From NCBI GenBank assembly GCA_947244325.1, contig CAMXJY010000001.1, positions 171,322-235,321 of the forward strand: a stretch of 64,000 nt of DNA, given 5' to 3'. Position numbers and translations under genes: made by a program. Origin of the DNA: an uncultured Clostridium sp. (lineage in GTDB: Bacteria > Bacillota > Clostridia > TANB77 > CAG-508). Of this stretch, positions 19,229-29,672 are shown piece after piece. The notes under the pieces were generated by a model. The model was not told the origin of the DNA. It ran no database searches and worked only from the letters and a program-made list of their open reading frames with translations. Position 1 is the first letter of the stretch, and each line of letters opens with the position of its first letter.

Positions 19229-22200
19229 CTATTCTACACTTTTTAATGATTCTATCATATCTACCTTTTTTAAAGAAAAATATGTTATAAAATTAACTAC
19301 AAATGTAAATATAATTGTTATTAAACATGCATATAAATAACTTTGTGGTAAAATTACTCTTTTAAATCTTAATATTCCTATTTCACAAGTTCCTAATATA
19401 AACGAATTTAAAATATATCCAGCTACTAATCCAAACACAATTCCTATTGCTGTTAAAACAACAATTTCTCTTGTTACATAATCATATACTTCTTTATCAT
19501 AAAATCCTAAAACTTTTATTGTTGCAAGCTCTCTAATTCTTTCACTTATATTTATATTAGATAAATTGTAAAGAACTATAAAAGCTAAAACTCCTGCTGA
19601 TACTATTAATACATATACAACTAAATTCATAGCACTTAAAGTATCATCCATTATTTGTACAAGATAACTTGTTAATGTTATTGATGCTATTTTAGAATCT
19701 TTTAAAATCTTTTCTGATAATTCATATTCTTTATTTTCATCTATTTTTTCTGTGTATTTTGTTAACAATACATTAGTAGATACTTTTTCTTTAAATAAAT
19801 GTTCATACATATTCTTTGTCATATAGACATAATGTGATATGTAATGTTCTGTTATTCCACCAACTTTTACTTTATATTCATTTTCATCTGAATCACTTAA
19901 GATAATCTCATCTCCTACTTTTACATTTATTAATTGAGATAATTTATCTGTTATTATTACTTCGTTATCATTTAAGTTTAATTTTTCTCCTGTTTTTAAG
20001 TCTTTTAATCTAATAACTTTATCTAAATCTTCTTTACTTTCTGCTACTAATATTTGTGCCTCTTCTTCTAAATCTCCATTTTTTATATCATCAGATGTTA
20101 AATAAATTTCTGTACAACTTTCTATTAGATCTTCACTTTCTAAATTTTCTTTTAAAGCACTAATTTCTTCTTTTGTTAATGTATTTTTTAGTCCTATAAG
20201 CATATCATAATTATAAATATCTAAATATTGATAATCCATTATCTTGGAAATTGAATCTTTTAATCCAAATCCTGCAACTATTAATGCTGTACAACCACAT
20301 ATTCCTACTACTGTCATTAAAAATCTTTTCTTATATCTAAACATATTTCTAGCTGTAACTTTTTGTGTAAAATTAAATCTGTTCCATATAAAAGGTATTT
20401 TTTCAATTAATACTCTTTTTCCTGCTTTTGGAGCTTTTGGTCTCATCATTTCAGCTGGTGTACTTATAAGTTCTTTATTTGCTGTATATATTGTTGCTCC
20501 AACAATACATATTGACATTATTGCAACACCCATTACTGTATAATATCTATTAAGTTCTATTACCATTTCAGATATATCATACATCATCTGATACATCGAT
20601 ATTATTATTCTTGGAAAAAATTCAAGTCCAAATATTGCACCTAATATTCCTCCTATTAATGAAGCAAGTAAAGAATAAATTATATACTTAGACATTATTT
20701 GTATTTTATTATATCCTAAAGCTTTTAAAGTTCCTATTTGTACTCTTTCTTCTTCAACCATTCTAGACATTGTTGTTAAACTTATTAATGTTGCAATTAT
20801 AAAAAATACTATTGGAAATGCTTCTCCTAATTTTTCTACATTTCCTGTATCTTGTGTATAACTACTAAATCCAGAATTATCATCTCTACTAAAAATATAC
20901 CATTTAGCATTTTCAATATCATTTACTTTTTCTCTTGCATCTATAAGTTTTCCTTCTGCATCTGCTATCTTTTCATTAAATTCTTGTTTTTTATCTAATA
21001 ATTCTTGCTGGCCTTCTGCTAATTTATTTTTTGCATCTTGAATTTCTTTTTTACCTTTTGCAATTTCTTTTTCTGCATCAGTAAACTTTTGTGCAGTTTC
21101 ATTTCTTTTTTGTGCAAGTGTTGCTTTTGATTCTGCAAGCTGATTATATCCAACCGCTATTTGATTTTGTCCTGATACTAATTTATTTTCAGCATCGCTT
21201 AACTCTTTTTGAATTTGATTTAATTGCACTTCCAACGCTGATTTTTGATTTTGACATTCTAAAATTCCTGCATTTATTTGGTTTAATTTTTCACTCGTCA
21301 TTCCATAGTTTTCTAATTCTTGCTTTTCTGCATTCATACTCGCTATTTGAGTTTTTACATATTCTATTGCAGATACAAGCTCACTTGTATCTCCTTCTGC
21401 TGTCTCTAATTCTTTTTGATATCCTGCAAGTGTATTATTTAGCATTACTAATGTTTCATCTATTTTACTAATTGTAGATAATACATTTTCAACTAATGCC
21501 TTGCTTTCTTGTAGTTCATTAATTTTTGAATCTAATGTATTTATTCCTGTTTGTAATTGTGATATTCCTGCTTCTGCTTCTTGTTTTTTTGCAGATAAAA
21601 GTGCATTTCCATCATTTATTTCTGTTTGTGACATTGCAAGTTTAGTTTCAGCTTCTGAAATTTGAGCTTCTGCATTTGCAAATTCTACTTCTGCTGTTTC
21701 TTTTCCATCTGCTAATTCTTTTTCTGCATTCTTTATCTCTTTTTCACCTTTTGCTATATCATTTTTTCCATCTGCAATTTCTTTTTCTGCATCTTGGATT
21801 TTCTTTTCTCCATCTGCTTTTTGCTGATTAAATTCTTTTTCTGCATCATCTAATTTCTGATTTGCTTCTGATATTAATTCATTATATCTAGCATTTTGTC
21901 TTTCTTCTTTTATTGACTCTAAATTATTTTCTACTTTTGATATTAATTCATCATATTCATCACTTATTGCATTATAATTTTTGCTATTTTCTGCTATAAT
22001 ATCTATTCCAGTATATATATCAGATACAATATTATTTTTATTTACATACATATAATATGTAACTTTTCCTGAGCCAAGTGTTGTAGTTCCTCTATCTCTT
22101 GATATATATAATGGACTTTTTACTATACCAACCACTTTTAATTTTGTATTTTTAAATGAGCTCTCTTCATCTTCAGTTAAGTTTTCTCTAATTTCTATAT

Positions 22201-22633
22201 AATCACCTATGCTGATTCCGTGTTTCATACTTGTTTCTATAACACATTCATCTTCATTTTGTGGAAGTTTTCCTTCTATAAGTTCTAGTTCATTAATCTC
22301 ATTTTCAAGAGCATATGCTTTTACAACAACCTCTTCATCATCTACAGTAACAAATACATCTTCACTATATGTTCCTATAGCTTTTTCTACTCCATCTACT
22401 TTTGAAATAGCATCAATATCATCATCTGTAAGTCCTAATGTTGAAACAACATTAATATCATATACATTGTATTTATCTAAATATGTATCTAATGTTATTT
22501 TCATATCAGGACTTGTTGCTCTTACACCCGCAAAAAAGCCTACCCCCATAAATGCCATAAGCAATATGGAGATAAACCTTTTATTTGTTTTCTTAATTTG
22601 TTTTATACTATCTTTTAATAAAGCTTTTTTCAT
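19229..22633 (-). CDS. FtsX-like ABC transporter permease (MacB/YxdM-type, two FtsX domains) with a ~380-aa coiled-coil extracellular insert; no cognate ATPase adjacent
   Basis: 1134 aa with an N-terminal TM, a long heptad-repeat region (..KEIADGKNDIAKGEKEIKNAEKELADGK..), then two 4-TM FtsX permease modules (..LGYNKIQIMSKYII.., ..KVLGFYDKEVYDYV..). Confidence 0.8.
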   Translation of the reverse strand: MKKALLKDSIKQIKKTNKRFISILLMAFMGVGFFAGVRATSPDMKITLDTYLDKYNVYDINVVSTLGLTDDDIDAISKVDGVEKAIGTYSEDVFVTVDDEEVVVKAYALENEINELELIEGKLPQNEDECVIETSMKHGISIGDYIEIRENLTEDEESSFKNTKLKVVGIVKSPLYISRDRGTTTLGSGKVTYYMYVNKNNIVSDIYTGIDIIAENSKNYNAISDEYDELISKVENNLESIKEERQNARYNELISEANQKLDDAEKEFNQQKADGEKKIQDAEKEIADGKNDIAKGEKEIKNAEKELADGKETAEVEFANAEAQISEAETKLAMSQTEINDGNALLSAKKQEAEAGISQLQTGINTLDSKINELQESKALVENVLSTISKIDETLVMLNNTLAGYQKELETAEGDTSELVSAIEYVKTQIASMNAEKQELENYGMTSEKLNQINAGILECQNQKSALEVQLNQIQKELSDAENKLVSGQNQIAVGYNQLAESKATLAQKRNETAQKFTDAEKEIAKGKKEIQDAKNKLAEGQQELLDKKQEFNEKIADAEGKLIDAREKVNDIENAKWYIFSRDDNSGFSSYTQDTGNVEKLGEAFPIVFFIIATLISLTTMSRMVEEERVQIGTLKALGYNKIQIMSKYIIYSLLASLIGGILGAIFGLEFFPRIIISMYQMMYDISEMVIELNRYYTVMGVAIMSICIVGATIYTANKELISTPAEMMRPKAPKAGKRVLIEKIPFIWNRFNFTQKVTARNMFRYKKRFLMTVVGICGCTALIVAGFGLKDSISKIMDYQYLDIYNYDMLIGLKNTLTKEEISALKENLESEDLIESCTEIYLTSDDIKNGDLEEEAQILVAESKEDLDKVIRLKDLKTGEKLNLNDNEVIITDKLSQLINVKVGDEIILSDSDENEYKVKVGGITEHYISHYVYMTKNMYEHLFKEKVSTNVLLTKYTEKIDENKEYELSEKILKDSKIASITLTSYLVQIMDDTLSAMNLVVYVLIVSAGVLAFIVLYNLSNINISERIRELATIKVLGFYDKEVYDYVTREIVVLTAIGIVFGLVAGYILNSFILGTCEIGILRFKRVILPQSYLYACLITIIFTFVVNFITYFSLKKVDMIESLKSVE

Positions 22634-22679
22634 TTTTTAATTTCTGTTACCTTTTCTATTTTGTTTAAATAATAATTAT

Positions 22680-22718
22680 GTGGACGATTATTGCTTTTAC
22701 CGCTTATATATCGTCCAC
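22680..22718 (-). terminator. pgi terminator hairpin GTGGACGAT-N21-ATCGTCCAC
   Basis: 9-bp perfect stem immediately 3' of pgi. Same stem sequence as the hairpin at 26858-26906. Confidence 0.55.
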
Positions 22719-22725
22719 TAACATT

Positions 22726-24027
22726 TTAATAACCTGGTTTTTCTAATAATTTGAACATGTTTTTCTTATATTCCTCAACACCTGGTTGATTAAATGGATT
22801 TACTCCTAAAAGAGAGCCTGAAATTGCACATGCCTTTTCAAAGAAATATATTAATTCTCCTAAATTCTCTTCATCTAATTTTTCTATTTCTATCATGAAA
22901 TTTGGTACATTTCCAGTAACATGTGCTAGAACTGTTCCTTCCATAGCTTTACTATTTACATATCCTAAATTTTTTCCTGCTAAATAGTTTAGTCCATCTA
23001 AATTTTGATCATCTGATTGTATTGTTATTTCAGAAGAATTTGATTGTATTTTTAGTACTGTTTCCATTAAATCTCTTCTTCCATCTTGAATATATTGACC
23101 CATTGAGTGTAAATCTGTTGTTAAATCAACTCCAGCTGGGAAAATTCCTTTTAAATCTTTTCCTTCACTCTCTCCATAAAGTTGTTTCCACCATTCTGTC
23201 ATATAGTGAAGTTTTGGTTCATAGTTTGCTAATATTTCAATTGTTTTTCCAGATCTATATAATAAATTTCTTGCTACTGCATATTTATAGCAATCATTAT
23301 ATTTTAAATTAGGATCTGAATATTTATCTTGTGCAAGCTTTGCACCATTCATTAATTTATCAATATCAATTCCAGCAGTAGCAATTGGTAATAATCCTAC
23401 TGCTGTAAGAACTGAAAATCTACCACCTACATTATCAGGAATAACAAATGTTTCATATTTTTCCTCATTTGCTAAAGTTTTTAATGCTCCTTTTTGTTTA
23501 TCTGTAGTTACGTATATTCTTTTTCTTGCTTCAACTACACCATATTTTGTTTCTAATACTTCTCTAAAAATTCTAAATGCTATTGCTGGTTCTGTTGTAG
23601 TTCCAGATTTTGAAATAACATTTATAGATACATCTTTATCACTAATAAATTCTAATAAATCATTCATATATACTGGACTTAAATTGTTTCCTGCATATAC
23701 AATTTGTGGAGTTTTTCTTTTTCCTTCTGGCATACTATTATGAAAACTATGTGTTATAGCTTCAATAACAGCTCTTGCTCCTAAATAAGATCCACCTATT
23801 CCTATAACAACAAGTACATCTGAATCATTTTGAATTTTTTTAGCTGCTTTTTTTATTCTTTCAAATTCTTCTCTATCATAATTTGTAGGAAGTTCAATCC
23901 ATCCTAAAAATTCCTTTTCATCATTTGCTTTTTCATGAAGTTTCTCATGAATTACAGCTACTTCGTCAGTTAATTCATTAATTACATTATCATTTATACT
24001 TGAATTTTCATAATTAAATTTAATCAT
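22726..24027 (-). CDS. pgi: glucose-6-phosphate isomerase
   Basis: 433 aa, Bacillus-type PGI ([15 protein letters not shown], catalytic region GESEGK). Confidence 0.92.
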   Translation of the reverse strand: MIKFNYENSSINDNVINELTDEVAVIHEKLHEKANDEKEFLGWIELPTNYDREEFERIKKAAKKIQNDSDVLVVIGIGGSYLGARAVIEAITHSFHNSMPEGKRKTPQIVYAGNNLSPVYMNDLLEFISDKDVSINVISKSGTTTEPAIAFRIFREVLETKYGVVEARKRIYVTTDKQKGALKTLANEEKYETFVIPDNVGGRFSVLTAVGLLPIATAGIDIDKLMNGAKLAQDKYSDPNLKYNDCYKYAVARNLLYRSGKTIEILANYEPKLHYMTEWWKQLYGESEGKDLKGIFPAGVDLTTDLHSMGQYIQDGRRDLMETVLKIQSNSSEITIQSDDQNLDGLNYLAGKNLGYVNSKAMEGTVLAHVTGNVPNFMIEIEKLDEENLGELIYFFEKACAISGSLLGVNPFNQPGVEEYKKNMFKLLEKPGY

Positions 24028-24124
24028 TTTAAATCTTTCCTTTCTTAATTTATAACATATATATTATATTTTTCACTTTTCTAAAAGATTATATCATAAT
24101 GAAAAATTTTTTCAATTACTTTTT

Positions 24125-24151
24125 TAGACATGGGGACGGAGGTTTTGTCTA
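24125..24151. repeat. palindromic element copy B: TAGACATGGGGACGGAGGTTTTGTCTA (opposite orientation to copy A), plus a partial copy at 24182-24195
   Basis: Same 6-bp arms and a 15-nt loop complementary to copy A. It lies in the divergent pgi/rqcH promoter region, so it is not a terminator here. Confidence 0.6.
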
Positions 24152-24323
24152 AATAATTTTAATGTTTAAAGAAAACATTCATCCCATGTCTAAAATTTAC
24201 TCTTTTCAGGTTGACTTTTTATCCTCTAAGCTATATTATATTAAGTGTTTTTTAACATTAGCAAAGTATTCATTTTATAGGAAATGCGAAAAACTTTACT
24301 ATAAAATTTAAAGGAGATTATAT

Positions 24324-26036
24324 ATGGCATTTGATGGTTTTATCACAAAATCTATTATTTCTGAGCTTGAGCCTTCACTTGTTGGAGCAAAAGTAAATAA
24401 AGTATTTGAGCCTACAAAAAACGAAATTATTTTGGGGCTTTATAATAATGGTATAAATTACGCTTTAGAGCTTTGTGCAAATCCAGAATTTTGTAGAATT
24501 TGTTTAACTACTCACACAAAACCTAATCCACAAAATGCATACAATTTTTGTATGTTACTTAGAAAATATTTAACTGGTGGAAAAATAATAAGTATATCTA
24601 ATTATGATTTAGAAAGAACTATAGAAATAAAATTTGAAGTTTATAATGAATTAAATGATTTAGTAACAAGAAAACTATTTATAGAAATTATGAGTAGACA
24701 AAGTAATATCATTTTAACAAACGAAAAAAATATTATTATAGATACTTTAAAACATTTTGATAACAATACTAGAGAACTTTTACCAGCACATGAATATACT
24801 CCTGTGCCTACTAATAAAATTAGTTTTATTGATATAAAATCTTTTGAAGAATTTGATAATATAGTAAATTCTTCTGACGAAAGTAGTTTAGCCAAAATAC
24901 TTATGAATACTTTTATTGGTTTTAGTAAACCTTTTATAAAAGAAAATTTAAAAATTTTAGAAATTTCAGATACAGATTATTCTAATGGCGATTTAAAAAA
25001 AGTTTATAATCATATAAAAGAATTTATAAATAATATGGGAACTACTAATATTTCTTGCAAACAAATTTCTGATAAAGATTATACTCTTATTTTAAATAAA
25101 GAAAATCCTAGTGAAAATAATCTTGATATCAATTTCTTTATTGATGACTTCTATTTTAATAAAGAACAAAATTCAATTTTTATAAATTCAAGAAATAGTT
25201 TATTAAAAATTGTTTCTGCTTCTTTAAAAAAAGTATACAAAAAAATTGAAAATATAAACTCTAAACTTAAAGAATGTGATGAAATGGATACTTTTAGATT
25301 ATATGGTGAACTTTTAACAGCAAATTTATATAAAGTAAATCCTAATGAAAATCTTGAAGAAATTACAGTAGATAATTATTATGATGAAAATAAACCTGTA
25401 GTTATTCCATTAGATAAAAGCATATCTATACATAAAAACATAGAAAAATATTTTAAAAAATATAATAAATTAAAAAATGCTCTTTCTATTGTATCTGAAC
25501 AAAAAAAAGAAGCTGAAAAAGAATTAGATTATATTGAAAGTATTGTATTTAATTTAAGTAATAGTAGAACTCTTAGTGATATAAATGAAGTTTATGAAGA
25601 AATTGCAGAAAATGTTTCTACTAAAAAAGCTCTTTCTCAAAAAGAAAAAAATAAAGTTTCAAAAAAGAAAACAAAAGATACTATAATTGATTTAGAAAGT
25701 ATTGATATTGGAAAGTTCAAAATATATATTGGAAAAAATAATATTCAAAATGATTACATAAGCTTAAAATTTGCAAATCCAAATGATATATGGTTTCATA
25801 CTCAAAAAATACATGGTAGCCATGTACTTTTAAGAAATTCAGAAAACTTAGAATTTTCTGATATTCCAGAAGATATTTTATTTAAATGTGCAGTTTTAGC
25901 TAAACAAAATAGTAAAGCTTCTAATAGCTTAAATGTACCAGTAGATTACTGCTATGCTAGATATGTAAAAAAAGTTTCTGGAGCTAAACCTGGTATGGTT
26001 ATTTATAATAATTTTAAAACTATAATTGTAAAATAA
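24324..26036 (+). CDS. rqcH: Rqc2/RqcH homolog (NFACT family, fibronectin-binding protein A-like), ribosome quality control
   Basis: 570 aa. The N-terminal NFACT-N (MAFDGFITKSIISEL...), coiled-coil middle and NFACT-R C-terminal pattern match YloA/FbpA. Confidence 0.8.
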   Translation: MAFDGFITKSIISELEPSLVGAKVNKVFEPTKNEIILGLYNNGINYALELCANPEFCRICLTTHTKPNPQNAYNFCMLLRKYLTGGKIISISNYDLERTIEIKFEVYNELNDLVTRKLFIEIMSRQSNIILTNEKNIIIDTLKHFDNNTRELLPAHEYTPVPTNKISFIDIKSFEEFDNIVNSSDESSLAKILMNTFIGFSKPFIKENLKILEISDTDYSNGDLKKVYNHIKEFINNMGTTNISCKQISDKDYTLILNKENPSENNLDINFFIDDFYFNKEQNSIFINSRNSLLKIVSASLKKVYKKIENINSKLKECDEMDTFRLYGELLTANLYKVNPNENLEEITVDNYYDENKPVVIPLDKSISIHKNIEKYFKKYNKLKNALSIVSEQKKEAEKELDYIESIVFNLSNSRTLSDINEVYEEIAENVSTKKALSQKEKNKVSKKKTKDTIIDLESIDIGKFKIYIGKNNIQNDYISLKFANPNDIWFHTQKIHGSHVLLRNSENLEFSDIPEDILFKCAVLAKQNSKASNSLNVPVDYCYARYVKKVSGAKPGMVIYNNFKTIIVK

Positions 26037-26037
26037 A

Positions 26038-26080
26038 ACACAAGGTTCTCACTAAGAAGTGCTGAACCTTGTGTTTTTGT
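26038..26080 (+). terminator. rqcH rho-independent terminator ACAAGGTTC-loop-GAACCTTGT + T-run
   Basis: 9-bp perfect stem followed by GTTTTTGTT. Confidence 0.75.
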
Positions 26081-26102
26081 TACATTGCATATTGAAGGAA
26101 TC

Positions 26103-26687
26103 TTAGCTCACGTATTGCACTGTACTCGTCATTTTGTCCATCAACCAGTTTTCCGTGTCAACCACTTTATTTGGGTCTAAAGCAACCCACAATGGAGAAA
26201 TTCCCATCATGGCTATCATTGACTCCGACTTGTTGGCGATAGCCTTCTCAAACTGCTCCACACTTTGGTTTTTCGGAACAAATGTCGTTGATTTGATGAC
26301 AATAAGCTTGCATTTTTCTGGCCTCTCTGATATCACCTGAGTAATCCACTCTTTACGAGCCTTCTTTGTCATCATTCTTTCAACCGTATACAGCTTCGCA
26401 TGTGCTTCTTTTACTTTGTCACACTCCTGATCAATCATCTCCATTGCCTGCTTGCGGTTTTTAAACTTAAATTCGGGCATCTGGTATACCTCTGCTATAC
26501 TGAATTCTGCTCCCCAAGCTTTTTTCAGCTGGTCATTAATATATTTAAACAGAGTATCTAATTCATCCAGTTTTTTGCAAAAGTACCCGTATTGAGACCG
26601 AACCTCGCACCATCTTTTTTCAAAATGCTTTTTTCCAAAAAATGGTTTAATGTTATTTGCTGCCAAAAGTTCCTCAAAATTTCTCAT
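26103..26687 (-). CDS. hypothetical protein, compositionally foreign (~40% GC), function unknown
   Basis: 194-aa ORF, Trp-rich, with no family I can recognise. Flanked by convergent terminators of rqcH and ackA. Its codon usage (in-frame CGG, GCC, CTC, CCG) differs from its neighbours. Confidence 0.5.
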   Translation of the reverse strand: MRNFEELLAANNIKPFFGKKHFEKRWCEVRSQYGYFCKKLDELDTLFKYINDQLKKAWGAEFSIAEVYQMPEFKFKNRKQAMEMIDQECDKVKEAHAKLYTVERMMTKKARKEWITQVISERPEKCKLIVIKSTTFVPKNQSVEQFEKAIANKSESMIAMMGISPLWVALDPNKVVDTENWLMDKMTSTVQYVS

Positions 26688-26778
26688 GTTTCATCCCTCT
26701 TCATCTACTTAAGAAAATTACAGTATGCGAAAAAAATTACTTAATACACTCTTCGCAATACTATAACAATAAATTAGT

Positions 26779-26817
26779 TGCAAATTTATTATACCATATT
26801 TTATGTAAATTTGCAAA
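26779..26817. promoter_or_regulatory. 10-bp perfect inverted repeat TTGCAAATTT-N19-AAATTTGCAA upstream of the foreign gene
   Basis: Perfect palindrome arms about 100 nt upstream of the 26687 start. Candidate operator. Confidence 0.3.
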
Positions 26818-26857
26818 TTAAGCTAAAAAATCACTCTCATAAAAAAAGAACAAAAAT

Positions 26858-26906
26858 GTGGACGATTCAGTATAGTTTTGTCTTTTGCATGTTAAATATC
26901 GTCCAC
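26858..26906. terminator. bidirectional terminator GTGGACGAT-N31-ATCGTCCAC downstream of ackA (26961)
   Basis: Same 9-bp stem as the pgi terminator. T-runs on both sides. Confidence 0.55.
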
Positions 26907-26960
26907 TTTTGTTCTTATATAGATTCTTAAATATTTATAATATAAGTTTTCACCAATATT

Positions 26961-28154
26961 TTATTTTGTTACTAATTCATATGTGTCCTTTGCTATTATT
27001 AATTCCTCATTTGTTGGAATTATATATATTTTTACTTTAGAATCTTCTGTTGAAATACATTTTTCTTTTCCTCTTGTTTTATTTGCTTCTAAGTCTAATT
27101 TTACTCCAAATGGTTCTAAATATTTGCAAACTCTTTCTCTTGTTTCAATTCCATTTTCTCCAACTCCACCAGCAAAAGTTAAAACATCTAATCCACCAAG
27201 TGAAACTACATATTGTCCTATATATTGAGCTATCTTATATGCTTGACTTTCAAGTGTAAGTATAGATCTTTGGTCTCCCATGTTGTATCCATCTTCAATA
27301 TCTTTATAGTCTAATGATACTCCAGATACTCCCCATGCTCCTGATTGTTTATTTAATATCTCTTCTATATCTTCTGGTCCAAGATTATCTCTTTTCATAA
27401 TATATGGAATTATTGCTGGATCTATATCTCCACATCTTGTTGCCATAGGAATACCGGCTAGTGGTGTTAATCCCATACTTGTATCAACAGATTTCCCACC
27501 ATCTATTGCACATATTGATGCTCCTTGACCTAAATGACAATTTATTACTTTTAAATTTTCTTTATTTTCTCCTATAAGTTCTGCTACTCTTTGATCTACA
27601 TATCTATGGCTAGTTCCATGAAATCCATATTTACGAATTTTATAACTTGTATAATATCTATATGGTATTTGATATACATATGCTTTTGCTGGCATTGTTT
27701 GATGAAATGCTGTATCAAATACTGCTACCATTGGAACATTTGGAAGAGCATTTCTTGCAGCCTTTATTCCTGCTACTCCCGCTGGATTATGAAGTGGTGC
27801 TAAATCAATACATTTTTCAATCTCACTAATAACTTCATCATTTATTATAACTGACTGGCTAAACATTTCTCCACCATGAACTATTCTGTGTCCTACTGCT
27901 CCTATCTCTTCTAAACTGTTTATTAAATTATATTCAGGTTTTTGTAATACTTCTAAAACAAAGCTTATTGCTTCATCGTAATCTCTAGCAATATGCAATA
28001 ATTCTTCTTTGTTTCCATTTATATTTAATTTAAGTGTTGTTTTCATTCCACCTATTCTTTCAAAATTTCCTTTTGCCATTCTTTCATTTGTATCCATATT
28101 TATAAGTTGAAATTTAAGTGATGAACTTCCACAATTTAAAACTAATATTTTCAT
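26961..28154 (-). CDS. ackA: acetate kinase (copy 1)
   Basis: 397 aa with MKILVLNCGSSSLKFQL and acetate/propionate kinase family motifs. Confidence 0.9.
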   Translation of the reverse strand: MKILVLNCGSSSLKFQLINMDTNERMAKGNFERIGGMKTTLKLNINGNKEELLHIARDYDEAISFVLEVLQKPEYNLINSLEEIGAVGHRIVHGGEMFSQSVIINDEVISEIEKCIDLAPLHNPAGVAGIKAARNALPNVPMVAVFDTAFHQTMPAKAYVYQIPYRYYTSYKIRKYGFHGTSHRYVDQRVAELIGENKENLKVINCHLGQGASICAIDGGKSVDTSMGLTPLAGIPMATRCGDIDPAIIPYIMKRDNLGPEDIEEILNKQSGAWGVSGVSLDYKDIEDGYNMGDQRSILTLESQAYKIAQYIGQYVVSLGGLDVLTFAGGVGENGIETRERVCKYLEPFGVKLDLEANKTRGKEKCISTEDSKVKIYIIPTNEELIIAKDTYELVTK

Positions 28155-28256
28155 AAATTATTTCCTTTCCAAGTTTTATATTATCATACCAATTTTAACA
28201 TTAATTTAATTACTTAACAATAGTAATTTTTCAAAAGAATAGAGCTTTTGTCTAAA

Positions 28257-28287
28257 ACTATTAATTTTAGACAAAAACTCCATACTA
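28257..28287 (-). terminator. terminator hairpin TTTTGTCTAAAA-ctattaat-TTTTAGACAAAA (related to palindromic element A/B)
   Basis: 12-bp perfect stem immediately 3' of ackA copy 2. Shares the TTTTAGACAAAA arm with elements A and B. Confidence 0.55.
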
Positions 28288-28291
28288 ATGC

Positions 28292-29491
28292 CTATTTTCC
28301 TTCTACAATTCTCTTTGTATCTCTTGCTATAACCATTTCTTCATCTGTTGGAATTACAAATGCTGCAATTTTAGAATCATCGGTAGAAATTTTCTTTTCT
28401 TCACTTCTTACATTATTTCTTTCTAAGTCTAACTTTAATCCCATCCATTCTAAGTTTTCACAAATTTTCTTTCTAATGTTTATTTGATTTTCACCTATAC
28501 CACCTGTAAATACAACTGCGTCAATTCCTTTTAATGATACTGCATATTTTGCAACAAATTGAGCTATAATTTTTGTAAATAATTCTATTGCAACTTTAGC
28601 TTTTGGTTTATCATCTTCATATGAAGCAAGTTCTATTTCTCTAAAGTCTGGATTCAATCCTGTTATACCATATAATCCTGATTTTTTATTTAATACAGTT
28701 GTTACTTCTTTAGTAGTTAAATTTTCTCTATCCATTATTTCTGTTACAACAGCTGGGTCTAAATCTCCTGAACGTGTAACCATTGCAATTCCACTTAAAG
28801 GAGAAAGTCCCATTGATGTTTCTATAGATTTTCCACCATCTATAGCACATATTGATGCTCCTTGACCAATATGGCATGTAACCATTTTTATTTCTTCTAT
28901 AGGTTTTTCCATTAATTTTGCACATAATCTTGAAACATATTGATGAGATGTACCATGAAATCCATATTTTCTAATTCCATATTTTTCATAATATTCATAA
29001 GGAATTGGATATAAATAATTTTCTTGTGGGATTGTTTGATGAAATGCTGTATCAAATACACCAACCATAGGAACTCCTGGCATAGCTTTTTGGCAAGCTC
29101 TTATTCCACGTATTGTTGCTGGATTATGAAGTGGTGCAAGTGGTGAACATGAATCATATTTTGCAATTACATCTTCATCTATTCTAACTGATTCACTAAA
29201 TTTTTCTCCACCATGACATAATCTATGTCCTACTGCAGATATTTCTGATAAATCTTTTATTACTCCATAATCATTATGAACTAATTGTTCTAAAACTATT
29301 TTTAAAGCCTCTTCATGATTCATTACAGGAACTTTTGTAACATATTTTTCTCCATTAACTTTATGAGTAACAAAAGCTTCTTGTTCTCCTATTCTTTCAA
29401 AATTTCCTTTTGCTAAAAGTTTTTCACCTTCCATATCTATTAATTGATATTTTAATGATGAACTTCCACAGTTTACTACTAAAATTTTCAT
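28292..29491 (-). CDS. ackA: acetate kinase (copy 2, divergent paralog, ~55% identity to copy 1)
   Basis: 399 aa with MKILVVNCGSSSLKYQL. Same family, clearly diverged. Confidence 0.9.
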   Translation of the reverse strand: MKILVVNCGSSSLKYQLIDMEGEKLLAKGNFERIGEQEAFVTHKVNGEKYVTKVPVMNHEEALKIVLEQLVHNDYGVIKDLSEISAVGHRLCHGGEKFSESVRIDEDVIAKYDSCSPLAPLHNPATIRGIRACQKAMPGVPMVGVFDTAFHQTIPQENYLYPIPYEYYEKYGIRKYGFHGTSHQYVSRLCAKLMEKPIEEIKMVTCHIGQGASICAIDGGKSIETSMGLSPLSGIAMVTRSGDLDPAVVTEIMDRENLTTKEVTTVLNKKSGLYGITGLNPDFREIELASYEDDKPKAKVAIELFTKIIAQFVAKYAVSLKGIDAVVFTGGIGENQINIRKKICENLEWMGLKLDLERNNVRSEEKKISTDDSKIAAFVIPTDEEMVIARDTKRIVEGK

Positions 29492-29672
29492 TTTTTATTC
29501 TTCCTCCATATTTTAAATTTAATTCAAATTATTATTAAGCATTTTAATAAAAAATTAATTCAGAGCAAGTAGTGCTAGGCAAAATTTGAGAAAAATTAAT
29601 GAGCGTACGAATGGTACGTGATTTAATTTTTCGATGATTTTAACGACGCAATACGAAGCTATCAATTAATTT

